NCBI GenBank assembly: GCA_963668355.1 | Contig: OY764265.1 | Span: forward strand, 2,688,001 to 2,752,000 | Direction of reading: 5' to 3' | Source: Bdellovibrionota bacterium | Lineage (GTDB): Bacteria > Bdellovibrionota_G > JALEGL01 > DATDPG01 | Length of the DNA stretch: 64,000 nt | In this document: positions 46,992 to 57,234 of the stretch, piece after piece | Layout: each line of letters begins with the position of its first letter | How positions within the stretch are numbered: position 1 is the stretch's first letter | Notes under the pieces: generated by a model | The model's database searches: none | What the model saw: only the letters and a program-made list of their open reading frames with translations | What the model was told of the DNA's origin: nothing | Translations under genes and position numbers: made by a program

Positions 46992-49355
46992 TTATAAATG
47001 ATTTTTACAATCCCGGACAGAGACAAGATCGTAACGTGCTTTCTTTATTGGGAAAAGACTGACTTGCCCACAGAGATCACCCCTCCATATAGTTAAACCT
47101 GAGTTTCTCAAACGATTCAAAACCTCTTTGGCAGGATGCCCATAGGAGTTTTTCCATCCTGCAGGGATGACAGCTTCCTTCGCGGCTATGAACTCCAAAA
47201 ACGGACGGGAGGTGGATCGTCGGCTTCCGTGGTGCGCTACTTTTAAGACTTCGCTCTTTAGAAGGGCCCTTTTCTTCTTCATCAAACGATCTTCTCCCAG
47301 ATGCTCGATATCCCCTGTGAACAACACCCGAGTTCCATTCATCGTGGCCTGCAAAACAATGGAACTTTCGTTGTCTGAAGAAGAACCCTCCCATTGATCC
47401 GAAGGAGGATGAAAAACCCTTAGACTCAAGTTTCCGATTTCCTCGTGCCATCCATCTCGAACACGTCTAACCCCCACCCCAAGATCCTTGGAAAGGGAGA
47501 TGATTTCTTCCATCGCGGGCCCAACGGCTTTTTGGACAGGAATCCAGACATCATGAACCGTCATCCCCTTTAAAACCGTCTTGGCCCCTCCAATATGATC
47601 CATATCTTCATGGGTCAAGATCATGAGTTCCAACTCTCGGTAGCCATGCTTTCGCAGCCAGGGCAGTAAAATCTTTTCTCCCGCGTCTTCACTGTACAAC
47701 CCCCCTCTCCCCGCATCCACCAAGGCCACTTTTCTGTCATTCGTGATCATCAAAGCGGCATCTCCTTGGCCTACATGGAGAAAATGAATTCCTGGGTTTT
47801 GAAAAACGGATTCAATAAGAAAAGAAAAGAACCCAATCGCCAGAGCCCCCGCAATCAAAAGAAGGCTCGTTTTCATTTTCTTGTAGAAGGCATAAAAAAC
47901 CAAAACCACAGCGAGAAGCACAAAACCAAACTGAATTCGAGATATCCAAACATCACTTCCTGGAAGATGAATACTCGACTCCGCCAAAAACAAAAATGCA
48001 GAAAGCCATAAGTCTAGAATCCTAAACAACCAACTCGCAATGAACATCCAAAGGGGACTGATGAGAATCGCCAATAACCCCAACGGAATTCCCACGCCTC
48101 CCAACAAAGGAACAAAAATCATATTTGCCAGAGGAGACCAGAGGGTTACCTGGCCAAAGTGCCAAACCAAAATCGGAAACGTCGCCAACCAGGCTCCCAA
48201 AGAAACCCAGAACAATTGTCTCAATTTCCCCTTCTGGGGAAACCAGCAAGATTGCATTACGAGAGCTATTCCGAGAACAGCGGAAAAGGACAGTTGCGCC
48301 GACACGTCGAACAAAAACAACGGCTGAAACAGAAGACAGAAGAAAGCCGCAACCAAACAAACATTCAAGACCTTTCGCGTTCGTGCAAAAAACAACGCCA
48401 ACAGACCTAGGCCAAAAAAGATGAGCGCTCTCACGGTGGAAATGGGTAAATCGGTCAGGCTCGCATAAAAGAAAGCTCCCAGAAAAGCAGCCACTCCCTG
48501 AACCTTTCTCAAAGGGAAAAACTCAATTAATCGATGAGAGCACCTCCATCCCATGCCGAACAACCAACCAAAAAACAGTGCCACCACCCCCACGTGGAAT
48601 CCCGAGACGACCAACAAATGGATGATTCCCGCTCTTCGAAACGCATGGACAATTTCTTCAGAAACTTCGGACCGATTCCCAAAAAGCATGGCCTGGAAAA
48701 TTCCAAACCCGTTTTCCGTCATATTGGCTCTTCCAAGGATTTGGGCTGATTCTCGGATTCCATTGAAGAAGTCTTGAAGGAATCCCACAGAACCTCTCTT
48801 GCAAATCAAATCATGGGAGCCTGAGATTACTCCTTGAAAAGAGATTCCACGGGTTTTGGCGTAGGTTTCTCGGTCGAACTCCCATTCGTTCCCATAATTT
48901 CGCGCCGTTTTGAGTTTGGTTCTGAAAAACACACGCTCCCCTTTTCGAGGAACGGAGTCTGAGAGAGAAAAGAGCCGAACTCTTTCGAAATGTCCGCTTC
49001 CCTCCAAGGAAACATCAAATGCAATGCCACGCGGGGAAAGTTTTTTTGGATAGGTTTGAACCACTCCCTCAAACCAAACTTTTTCTGAACTCAATCGACT
49101 ACCGGGAGAAAAACCTGTTTCCTTAACACTTTGAACACGCCAAAAACCGAGGAAAAAGAAAAACAAAAATACACCGCCCAGAGCCAAGGTTTCTTTCTTC
49201 CCAAACCAAGCCGCCCACGCTCCCAATAAAAGAACCCCAGGAATCCAAAATGGAAGCGAATCCGCAACAAGGTCACCCAAAAGAATTCCGGCCGTCAAAG
49301 CCAAAAAATTCGATAAAAGCAGTCGACTGCCCCTAATTCTGACGGAAAAAGGCAT
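46992..49355 (-). CDS. comEC: DNA internalization competence protein ComEC/Rec2
   Basis: HLLVVSGFH, QLSFSA, VGQGDA, THEDMDH, KVAHHGS, YGHP. Confidence 0.93.
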   Translation of the reverse strand: MPFSVRIRGSRLLLSNFLALTAGILLGDLVADSLPFWIPGVLLLGAWAAWFGKKETLALGGVFLFFFFLGFWRVQSVKETGFSPGSRLSSEKVWFEGVVQTYPKKLSPRGIAFDVSLEGSGHFERVRLFSLSDSVPRKGERVFFRTKLKTARNYGNEWEFDRETYAKTRGISFQGVISGSHDLICKRGSVGFLQDFFNGIRESAQILGRANMTENGFGIFQAMLFGNRSEVSEEIVHAFRRAGIIHLLVVSGFHVGVVALFFGWLFGMGWRCSHRLIEFFPLRKVQGVAAFLGAFFYASLTDLPISTVRALIFFGLGLLALFFARTRKVLNVCLVAAFFCLLFQPLFLFDVSAQLSFSAVLGIALVMQSCWFPQKGKLRQLFWVSLGAWLATFPILVWHFGQVTLWSPLANMIFVPLLGGVGIPLGLLAILISPLWMFIASWLFRILDLWLSAFLFLAESSIHLPGSDVWISRIQFGFVLLAVVLVFYAFYKKMKTSLLLIAGALAIGFFSFLIESVFQNPGIHFLHVGQGDAALMITNDRKVALVDAGRGGLYSEDAGEKILLPWLRKHGYRELELMILTHEDMDHIGGAKTVLKGMTVHDVWIPVQKAVGPAMEEIISLSKDLGVGVRRVRDGWHEEIGNLSLRVFHPPSDQWEGSSSDNESSIVLQATMNGTRVLFTGDIEHLGEDRLMKKKRALLKSEVLKVAHHGSRRSTSRPFLEFIAAKEAVIPAGWKNSYGHPAKEVLNRLRNSGLTIWRGDLCGQVSLFPIKKARYDLVSVRDCKNHL

Positions 49356-51171
49356 GGATGGCTTTCGCTACAGTCTCTGAGATACCCGGGACTTGAAGAA
49401 GTTCAGATACCGAGGCCGACTGAATTCGATCGATGGTCCCAAACACCCCGAATAAGATTTGCTTTCGTTTGGCTCCGACCCCTGGAATTTCATTCAAAAC
49501 GGTATGCAAAGATCTTTTTCCCCGAGCCTTTCGATGCCGCGTAATTCCAAATCGATGCGCTTCATCTCTAACTCTCATCAGCAAATGCAAAACCTGTGAA
49601 GACGGTGGAAAAACCAAAGCGTTTTTTTGCCCTGGCAAAAACACTCGTTCTGGAGCGTATTTTGTGCCACTTCGACTTACAAGCTCCTTCTCTTTGGCCA
49701 GCGAACATACAGGAAGTTCATGAAGGTTTAAGGTGGATACTAAATCCGTAAGTTGGCGTAGTTGTCCTTTTCCCCCATCCACCAAAACCAAATCGGGAAA
49801 ATCTTTTCGATCCTCCTTGGAAAACCGACGCGTAAAAACCTCTTTGAGACTTGCGAAATCATTGGGCCCATTCACGGACTTGATATTGTATTGGCGGTAC
49901 AAATTCTTATCGGGTTCCCCATCCGTAAAAACCACCAAAGAGCCTACTGAATGAGTCCCTTGAAGATTGGAAATGTCGTAGCCTTCAATGCGGTGAGGGA
50001 ATTTCGACAAATGTAATTTTCTCTGCAAATCCTCTAGCAGTTTTTGATTGCCAGAACTTCGACGCTTTCGTTCCTCAAACGAAGCGAAGGCATTCCGTTC
50101 CGCCAACTTCAAAACTTTCAACGCGGTTCCTTTTCGAGGAGACTTGATTCGAATTTTTTTCCCGTGTTTCTCTAAAAACACTTCCTCAAAGGCTTTTCGA
50201 TCTGGCATCGGAATGGAAAAAATGACCTCTTGGGGAAAATCCTGGACCAAAACGCGATCGACATACACCTGTTGAAAAAAGGATCGAAGGATTTCTTCTT
50301 TTGCGGATATGGGTTCCGCCAAAAAGAACTCTTTCGACCCCATCACCCTTCCCTCTCGAATTTTTAAAATCTTGATCAGGGTTGCCTGCTGATCCCCACG
50401 TATGCCAATTGCATCGCCACTCCATGCACCTTTCCGAGATTCAACTTTCTGAGGCAACAACGAATCCTCAATAGCTCTCATGCGATCCCTGAGCCTTGCC
50501 GCATCTTCGTATCTCAACTCCTCTGAGGCATTTCCCATTTCGCCTCGGAGTCTTTTGATCAGCGTAGACTTGTCTCCTTTGATGAACTGAATGGCTTGTT
50601 GAATTTGATGGTCGTAGTCTTCAGCCGACACCTTCCCCACACAGGGAGCGGTACAACGTCGGATTTGATGTTGAAGACATGGACGCGAGCGGTTCGCAAA
50701 GAAAGAATCTGAACAATCTCGAATTTGAAAGATTTTTTGGATGGTTTTGAGCATTTCTCGCAGATCATGAGCAGAGGAAAAGGGCCCAAAGTACCGACCT
50801 CCATCTTTGGAAATCTTTCGCGTCACAAACAAGGCGGGGAATTCGTGTTTGGTCATTTTTAAGCTCACGTAGGACTTATCGTCACGGAGCATGATGTTGT
50901 ATTTCGGACGATAGGACTTGATCAGAGAGTTTTCTAAAAGAAGGGCTTCTTTCTCATTATCCGTAAGAATCCACTCGACCGTTTTAGCCAAACGTCCAAT
51001 GACGTGGACCGAGGGACGATCCTCCTTGGCCGGTCGAGTATAGGCCGGAAGGCGATTCCGAAGACTCTTGGCCTTCCCGACATACAAGACCTTCCCGGAG
51101 GCATCTTTAAAAAGATAAACGCCGGGAGACCTTGGGGCTCGGGCAATTTGTTCTCTGACCTTTAAATCCAT
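49333..51171 (-). CDS. uvrC: Excinuclease ABC subunit C
   Basis: PGVY, YVGKAKSLR, YDISN, DGGKGQ, RDEAHRF, HhH. Confidence 0.97.
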   Translation of the reverse strand: MDLKVREQIARAPRSPGVYLFKDASGKVLYVGKAKSLRNRLPAYTRPAKEDRPSVHVIGRLAKTVEWILTDNEKEALLLENSLIKSYRPKYNIMLRDDKSYVSLKMTKHEFPALFVTRKISKDGGRYFGPFSSAHDLREMLKTIQKIFQIRDCSDSFFANRSRPCLQHQIRRCTAPCVGKVSAEDYDHQIQQAIQFIKGDKSTLIKRLRGEMGNASEELRYEDAARLRDRMRAIEDSLLPQKVESRKGAWSGDAIGIRGDQQATLIKILKIREGRVMGSKEFFLAEPISAKEEILRSFFQQVYVDRVLVQDFPQEVIFSIPMPDRKAFEEVFLEKHGKKIRIKSPRKGTALKVLKLAERNAFASFEERKRRSSGNQKLLEDLQRKLHLSKFPHRIEGYDISNLQGTHSVGSLVVFTDGEPDKNLYRQYNIKSVNGPNDFASLKEVFTRRFSKEDRKDFPDLVLVDGGKGQLRQLTDLVSTLNLHELPVCSLAKEKELVSRSGTKYAPERVFLPGQKNALVFPPSSQVLHLLMRVRDEAHRFGITRHRKARGKRSLHTVLNEIPGVGAKRKQILFGVFGTIDRIQSASVSELLQVPGISETVAKAIHAFFRQN

Positions 51172-51214
51172 GATAGAACCCTCCCCACTGTACCCTTTGC
51201 TGTTGGAGTAGGAA

Positions 51215-51628
51215 ATGAAGACGAAAACTGAGTATTTATGGTTCAAAACCGAAAAGCACCGTGACTACATTCGAATCACGGACAAAATTCAGGACATCGT
51301 GGAAGAAAGCGGAATTCAGGAGGGTATGGTTTTGGTTTCTGCCATGCACATTACGGCGGGCATCTTCGTCAACGACTGGGAAGAAGGTCTATTGGAAGAT
51401 GTCGACCAATGGTTGGAACGCCTCGCCCCATTCAAAAAAGACTACCGACACCACCGAACCGGTGAAACCAACGCCGACAGCCATATGAAAAGCCTACTGG
51501 TTCACCACGAGGTCATTTTACCCATTACCGGTGGAGAACTGGACTTGGGCACGTGGCAGCAGATCTTTTATGCAGAATTTGATGGGGAACGCAAAAAGCG
51601 CGTCATCGTCAAAGTCATGGGGGAATGA
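51215..51628 (+). CDS. yjbQ: YjbQ (UPF0047) family protein
   Basis: [25 protein letters not shown]. Confidence 0.92.
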   Translation: MKTKTEYLWFKTEKHRDYIRITDKIQDIVEESGIQEGMVLVSAMHITAGIFVNDWEEGLLEDVDQWLERLAPFKKDYRHHRTGETNADSHMKSLLVHHEVILPITGGELDLGTWQQIFYAEFDGERKKRVIVKVMGE

Positions 51629-51655
51629 CCTAAACAACACGGCGCGTTATCTTAA

Positions 51656-51907
51656 CCCCACCCGCTTTGCGGGTCCCCGGTTCAGGCTTCCCATTTGGAT
51701 TTAGCACCATAAAAAAAACACGCCTACGGCGTGCCTTTTTTATGGTGGGCGATACTGGGTTCACAAACTCTCGTTCGTAGACCCATTCGGTTAAGCCTGC
51801 CCCACCCGCTTCGCGGGTTCCCGGTCCAGGCTTCCCTTTTCTGATTTCGCACCATAAAAAAAACGCGCCTGCGGCGCGTCTTCTTTATGGTGGGCGATAC
51901 TGGGTTC
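51656..51907 (-). repeat. Tandem imperfect direct repeat (51656-51762 and 51800-51907) containing the tRNA-Val 3' end and terminator
   Basis: Both copies contain an identical 20-mer TGGTGGGCGATACTGGGTTC and two hairpins; period 145 bp. Confidence 0.88.
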
Positions 51908-51962
51908 GAACCAGCGACTTCCACCGTGTGAAGGTGGCACTCTCCCACTGAGTTAATCGCCC
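51888..51962 (-). tRNA. tRNA-Val (anticodon CAC)
   Basis: GGGCGATTAACTCAGTGGGAGAGTGCCACCTTCACACGGTGGAAGTCGCTGGTTCGAACCCAGTATCGCCCACCA folds as a cloverleaf. Confidence 0.96.
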
Positions 51963-52030
51963 ACGGGGATGGGGAAATACCGAGACTTCCCCATTTCGTC
52001 AACTCCCATATTCAAGCCAAGAGATCGTCC

Positions 52031-55000
52031 CTACCAATCCAAATAAATCCGGATTTCCAGAACGGTTTTGTTTTCCGATGGACGAACGACCTGATCAAAC
52101 ACCGTGTAATAGCCCTGGACATCCCCTTCATCAATTCTGTGGTAGAGCGTTTCTTCAGGCGGGTCCTCCGATTTCTCAAGCCCCAGAAAAATTTCCCTGG
52201 CTCCCTCATAGGTCGGCATCCCATTCTCATCCGTAAATTTTATCTCAGGTCGAAAGGCACCCGATTGTCCCTGAACCCCATGTCTCAATCGTTGAGGACG
52301 AAGATCCCATGGAAGCTCGGGAAGAAGCATATCCGCCAACCCATGGACTTGTCCGCCTACTTCAAAGTGTGCAATCAAGGCCCATTGATTTGGATTCTGA
52401 GATTTCTCACTGGGCACAAACTCAAAGGTTACCTCTGAATTGCTTTGACCGTACGTCTCTTCCACTCTTCGAAAAGCATTTCGAAGGATCCAAACGTACT
52501 CCCTCAAATCTTCGGTAATTAGGGCATTCGGATCGGTCAGCATGGCTTTGCTTAAATCCACATGCGGAACCACATATTCTAAACGAGAACCGATGCCCTC
52601 CTGTTCCATGATGGAAAATGTGCGAAGAAGCTCCTTGTGGGCTCCACGCGAAGGAATTTCTATGGACGTCTCTTGATCAAACATCTCCAAGGCGTCTAAG
52701 ATTTTTTCAAATTGCCTCAGAAATGATTGAACACTCCGAGAGGTTGAACCTTTGACCTGGCCCGAAAACAGAATGTCTCTTGAAGGCTCAACAATGTCTT
52801 TTCGAAATCTAGGGATCTCCCCAACCAAGGTTTGAATTTGCCATAGAAAACGTTCCCAATCGCCTTGTTCCAAGGCCCGTTCAACACGCGCAAAATTAAT
52901 GGCAAAATCAAATTCAAATAAAGAACCAACCGAGGGACCCTTTCCACCTTCCGCTTCATCCAACACTTCCAGAAGGCTCTCAATGCTAGCCACATTTGCT
53001 CTTATGGCGTCATACGTTTGACGACCAATGGAAAAATCACGTTCAGAAATCCCATGAATCGCGAGTTTGATTTCTTCTTGTCCCTTTAAGTAACGAGGTT
53101 TTTCAAACAGGAGCCCCGCCTCCGAACCCACGGAAACCGTAAATTTCCTTGGTTGATCTTGCCGCCCCGCCTCTAAAAGCCTCGTCCGAGGATCAAATTG
53201 AATGGGATCGCCTTTCAAAATCAAACTCCTGGAACGCTCCAAATCATGTGAAATGGAGGTTCCCCGCAAGGGGACTTCCACATGATAAATTTTGGATCGG
53301 ACAAACCCATTCGCAACCAATTCATCGATCAACAATTGAACATCCCTCTCAACCGCTTCAAAGCCCAAATCCATCGCACCTTGAAAATAGGAACGGCCCT
53401 GACCGATATTCGTGACAATCACCACTTCATATTCCGATAGCGCTTCATCTGTATTCTCTCTTAAGGCTTGAGAGAGTTTCTTTGCCGTTTCAACACGTTC
53501 CGAATGTGTATTTCCGGGATCTTCCACCGTCCGGTAGGCAAGTTGAAATGTTGGGGTCAAATGAGCGAGAAGTTTGTAGTTGGGACCCATGGCAAAAAAC
53601 CCGGCACAGTTTTGCAAATTCAATGTATGGATCGGTTGATCCACCGGAACCACCACGCCCGTCCCATCTTTCACACGAACCGATCCGGGGAATCTCCGCT
53701 CAAGCATCCCAATTTCGTCTAAAGAATCGACATCGCTTTCGCCCTCAAGTTCTGAAATTTTTCTGAGCGAAAAACCTGTATCTCGTTCAAATTCGGCCAA
53801 GCTTTTCATGGTGGAGTGATCCACTTGAAACACTCGAACCCCTCTCGCTTGCGTAATCTTTCGAGGGGAAATATCCGTTTCCCATCCGATGGGAATGTCC
53901 AACTCCTCTAGTTCGGTTTTGGGAACGGCGACGACACAATCCAATTCCCCTCCTTTGTATATTCTTTCTGCCGCGCGACTTTGAATGAACGGACGGGCGG
54001 AATACCCCCCATATCCAAGGGCGGTCATGACTTTTTCGGTCGAACCATCCGCAAAGTAAGAAGTGCCTCGATTTTGAAGGACGCGATAGGTTCCATCCTC
54101 TTGGCGCTTCAACGTCAACACCCCCAAATGAGTGTGGGACATGACATAGTCGCTCTCAATCCTTCCTTCCGGGGTCACACGGAAAAGACCCGCCTCAAAA
54201 AGATCCTCTACGGAAGTCATCGTGGGGAGAGATTCGGCGTAATTGCGCATCAATCGATAATGTTGGGCTTCATTATGGGGCTGCCGAAAATCTGAACCCA
54301 GCAAAGAGCGCATTCTGCTTTCAGCCACAAGATCATCTCTTTGAAGACCTTCTACATCACCTCCAAACACGTTCTTTGCGGCCCTCCAAAAACCTACCTG
54401 ACGAACATCTCGCCGGACTCGACTCCAGAAGTCCGGACTCTCGGAAGGAAGGGGTTCATCCACAAACCGACTATCAACCGTCTCTTCCAACGACATCAAC
54501 CGTTCCCGCGGATACTCGGGAATCTGAAGTGAGAAATCTTCTTTTTCTTCGGGAGAGATGGAAACTGAATATGACCGGGACCGAACTGCACGATCCCTCA
54601 CGCGGCTTCCATCGTTCAAGAAAAAGGCGGGTCTTCCCTCGATTTGAATTTCGTCTGGTTTTTTCGGGTCATGATGAACATCGGAAAGCACAAAAGGCAT
54701 TTCCACAATTTTGATTCGCTCTCTGGAAAATCCCTGATCCACAAGATGTTGCGCCACACGCATCCAATCCTCTCGTGTGGCCCGATATCCAAAATCGACT
54801 TTCCCGTGGATGATGGACCTTGCATGACCGACATTTCCTAAAATGACGACGTCCATCTGGCTAAAATCTTCTTCCGTATGTTCTCGAAGGCCTCCAACCA
54901 GTCGTCCAACCGTATCTCTCGCCCCAGATAGTTTGTGAATTCCAACCGTCGAGCGATAGGGCAAACTCATTGTGGGTGTCATATGAACAAGCCCTTTGTA

Positions 55001-57220
55001 TTGGCGACCCCGGACAAACAAAGCTGAACACGTTTCAATGCCTCGGGTCAACATGGGTTGGCCGAGAGGAACGATAGCCCCTCGTCCCAGGAGAACTTCC
55101 TGGGTTTGAGCGGTAACCGACGGAGTGAATTTGATTCGGGATTCGTTCCATGGATCGGTCCTTCCAATTCCGCTGGACATTCCCTCGGAAGTTGAAGCTC
55201 CTTGAGAGAAAAAGCCCCTTTCGGGAGGTTCTCCGTCAAAGCCGTTAGAACCTCCATCCCCCAGTGTTGCATACGCTTCTAGATGGGACGTTGGATCATC
55301 CGTTCCCGTGGCCAAAAAAACCTGTTTTGGCGTCCTCAGTTGAACTTGGGGTTTGGGGAAGGGAATGATGTTGGAGGTGGTCTCCGAGGAGGGAGAAGTC
55401 TTTCCCAAACTTTCAGAGTATGTCACACCAAATAAGGCCGTATTCACCAAACTGGAAGCCAAGCGAAGTCCAAGAATCCTCACACACACCCGAGACCATT
55501 CGTCCCAAAACCGTCCGTCTTGGGGTTGACCATTCAAAGCGCGCATCCATCTTCGAATGCTCGTGGATGTTAAGCCCAAGGTGGATATTTCAAAAATGTA
55601 CGCTGGAGCGCGCTGAGCCAAGTGAATTGCCCCTGCCTTCCAACCCGACTGAAAAACCTTTCCAAGGGGAGAACCTTCGGGAAGAAGATGCGGAGGAATC
55701 TTGGCTCCTTGAGCCAGTCTTCTCAGGGCGAGTGTGCCCCCACGCATCGTTCCGGTGATGAGTGACCACTCTAAAACGCCGCGCCAATACCCCTGCCACA
55801 GACTGCGACCCTGGAGAGGGCTGGCCAAGCGAAGAAACGCTTCCAGAGTGCTGTTCATGGCAATGAAGCCCCCTGCATTGGCCAAACCCGAAACCAACCA
55901 CGGAGCCAATTGAATCAAAAGATGTCGTTGGCTGCCTCGGGATAAAGCTCTTAACAAAAGCGTTCGAAGACCGATGGAAACCCCTTTGCCCACAAAATAG
56001 CTCGCCACCCCCGCGGCCACGAGAACCAATGCATCATCCAAATATTCTTTTGGATTCAGGCGATCTCGTGTGACGTCTGAAAGATTGAACCGATCACCGC
56101 GAGGATCCACCATATCGATCATTTCATGGAAGGCCTTGAGCTTGTGATCGCCGTGAACCTCTTCTGAAGAACGCAACAAGTCTTCGTACATTTCTTGATA
56201 GGCCAAATTGAAAAGACGTTGCTGAAAGATTTTAGACACGCCTTCTTGGACCGCTTGATCTCTCATTTCACGTACGATCCGTTCAATTTCACCTTCATTC
56301 ACACCTTCTTCAAAACCGAATTGAGCCCGAAGTCTTTCCTCCACTTTTTCCGAATTTTGATCGAGGGCATCAAACAGCTTGTCTTCAAGATGTTCGCGTT
56401 CCATTTCCCTTCGAATTTGATCTCGGGTTTCAGGAGGAATGTTTCTGGCGTGAGCATGAAGTTCTTCGGCCAATAGCGACTCGTAAACGTCACGTGCGCC
56501 TTCATAGTCCTTGTGCTTTCGAAGGGTTTGTCCCACGGCCAGCCAAAACCGGGGCATGTCTTCGAGGGCGAGAACCTCCTCGACATTTTCTAAGGTGGGC
56601 TTCCAAGGACGAAAAGCTTTAAAACCTTCTCTCCAAAAAGACTGTTTTGGCCAAAGGACCTCTTTGAGTTCTTTGCTAGTCGTTTGTTTGTAAAATTCGA
56701 GTGAATGCCGAAGATCACGGAGGCTTTCCAAAGAGCAATGAGACAAGGGGGGAACGTCCTCGTTTAAAATCCTTTCAAACGCCTCACGAATGCTTGAGGC
56801 CTCTCCCTTGGAAATGGTTTGTGCCAAGGACCCCCGAACACATGATCGCTCTTCGAACTTTCGAAAAGCTCTTCCCGCAAAAAGACCGATGGTTCGATTT
56901 AAGGCCGAGCGATCCAAGCGCTCAAAGGCATCCAAAATTTCCAACGCTTTCCGGGATGATTCGGTTTGTTGAAAAATTTTCTTGAATCCGAGCGCCGCAC
57001 TTGCACGAAGAACAAAGTCCCGTTTTTCCTCTAACGAAAGGAATTCCCGAAGATCCAAATGCGTCCCGGTCCAGATAACGGGGTAGAGGTTTTCAGCCTG
57101 CTTTGGAGTCAATTCTGGAATGAGAGAAGGCTGAGAAGTCCCCCAAGAGGGCACAGGCAATGCGAGACAAAAGACGACGACCCAGAGCCACCGGGTCACT
57201 CCATTTCCCGCATTTTTCAT
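52031..57220 (-). CDS. 1729-aa putatively secreted multidomain protein with two CNF1/CheD-like Cys-His modules
   Basis: Signal peptide; helical N-terminal region; hydrophobic central region; internal ~185-aa duplication, each copy with C-x14-H. Confidence 0.8.
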   Translation of the reverse strand: MKNAGNGVTRWLWVVVFCLALPVPSWGTSQPSLIPELTPKQAENLYPVIWTGTHLDLREFLSLEEKRDFVLRASAALGFKKIFQQTESSRKALEILDAFERLDRSALNRTIGLFAGRAFRKFEERSCVRGSLAQTISKGEASSIREAFERILNEDVPPLSHCSLESLRDLRHSLEFYKQTTSKELKEVLWPKQSFWREGFKAFRPWKPTLENVEEVLALEDMPRFWLAVGQTLRKHKDYEGARDVYESLLAEELHAHARNIPPETRDQIRREMEREHLEDKLFDALDQNSEKVEERLRAQFGFEEGVNEGEIERIVREMRDQAVQEGVSKIFQQRLFNLAYQEMYEDLLRSSEEVHGDHKLKAFHEMIDMVDPRGDRFNLSDVTRDRLNPKEYLDDALVLVAAGVASYFVGKGVSIGLRTLLLRALSRGSQRHLLIQLAPWLVSGLANAGGFIAMNSTLEAFLRLASPLQGRSLWQGYWRGVLEWSLITGTMRGGTLALRRLAQGAKIPPHLLPEGSPLGKVFQSGWKAGAIHLAQRAPAYIFEISTLGLTSTSIRRWMRALNGQPQDGRFWDEWSRVCVRILGLRLASSLVNTALFGVTYSESLGKTSPSSETTSNIIPFPKPQVQLRTPKQVFLATGTDDPTSHLEAYATLGDGGSNGFDGEPPERGFFSQGASTSEGMSSGIGRTDPWNESRIKFTPSVTAQTQEVLLGRGAIVPLGQPMLTRGIETCSALFVRGRQYKGLVHMTPTMSLPYRSTVGIHKLSGARDTVGRLVGGLREHTEEDFSQMDVVILGNVGHARSIIHGKVDFGYRATREDWMRVAQHLVDQGFSRERIKIVEMPFVLSDVHHDPKKPDEIQIEGRPAFFLNDGSRVRDRAVRSRSYSVSISPEEKEDFSLQIPEYPRERLMSLEETVDSRFVDEPLPSESPDFWSRVRRDVRQVGFWRAAKNVFGGDVEGLQRDDLVAESRMRSLLGSDFRQPHNEAQHYRLMRNYAESLPTMTSVEDLFEAGLFRVTPEGRIESDYVMSHTHLGVLTLKRQEDGTYRVLQNRGTSYFADGSTEKVMTALGYGGYSARPFIQSRAAERIYKGGELDCVVAVPKTELEELDIPIGWETDISPRKITQARGVRVFQVDHSTMKSLAEFERDTGFSLRKISELEGESDVDSLDEIGMLERRFPGSVRVKDGTGVVVPVDQPIHTLNLQNCAGFFAMGPNYKLLAHLTPTFQLAYRTVEDPGNTHSERVETAKKLSQALRENTDEALSEYEVVIVTNIGQGRSYFQGAMDLGFEAVERDVQLLIDELVANGFVRSKIYHVEVPLRGTSISHDLERSRSLILKGDPIQFDPRTRLLEAGRQDQPRKFTVSVGSEAGLLFEKPRYLKGQEEIKLAIHGISERDFSIGRQTYDAIRANVASIESLLEVLDEAEGGKGPSVGSLFEFDFAINFARVERALEQGDWERFLWQIQTLVGEIPRFRKDIVEPSRDILFSGQVKGSTSRSVQSFLRQFEKILDALEMFDQETSIEIPSRGAHKELLRTFSIMEQEGIGSRLEYVVPHVDLSKAMLTDPNALITEDLREYVWILRNAFRRVEETYGQSNSEVTFEFVPSEKSQNPNQWALIAHFEVGGQVHGLADMLLPELPWDLRPQRLRHGVQGQSGAFRPEIKFTDENGMPTYEGAREIFLGLEKSEDPPEETLYHRIDEGDVQGYYTVFDQVVRPSENKTVLEIRIYLDW

Positions 57221-57234
57221 CGTTGACCTTACTC

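Noticed and set aside
51656..51907. CRISPR array or integrated prophage at tRNA-Val
   Set aside because: Only two long units derived from the tRNA 3' end; no spacers, cas genes or integrase; only 145 bp between the att-like copies
52031..52560. Histidine-kinase ATPase domain at the C-terminus of the giant protein (ILRNAF)
   Set aside because: No DxGxG or GxGL boxes; resemblance too weak
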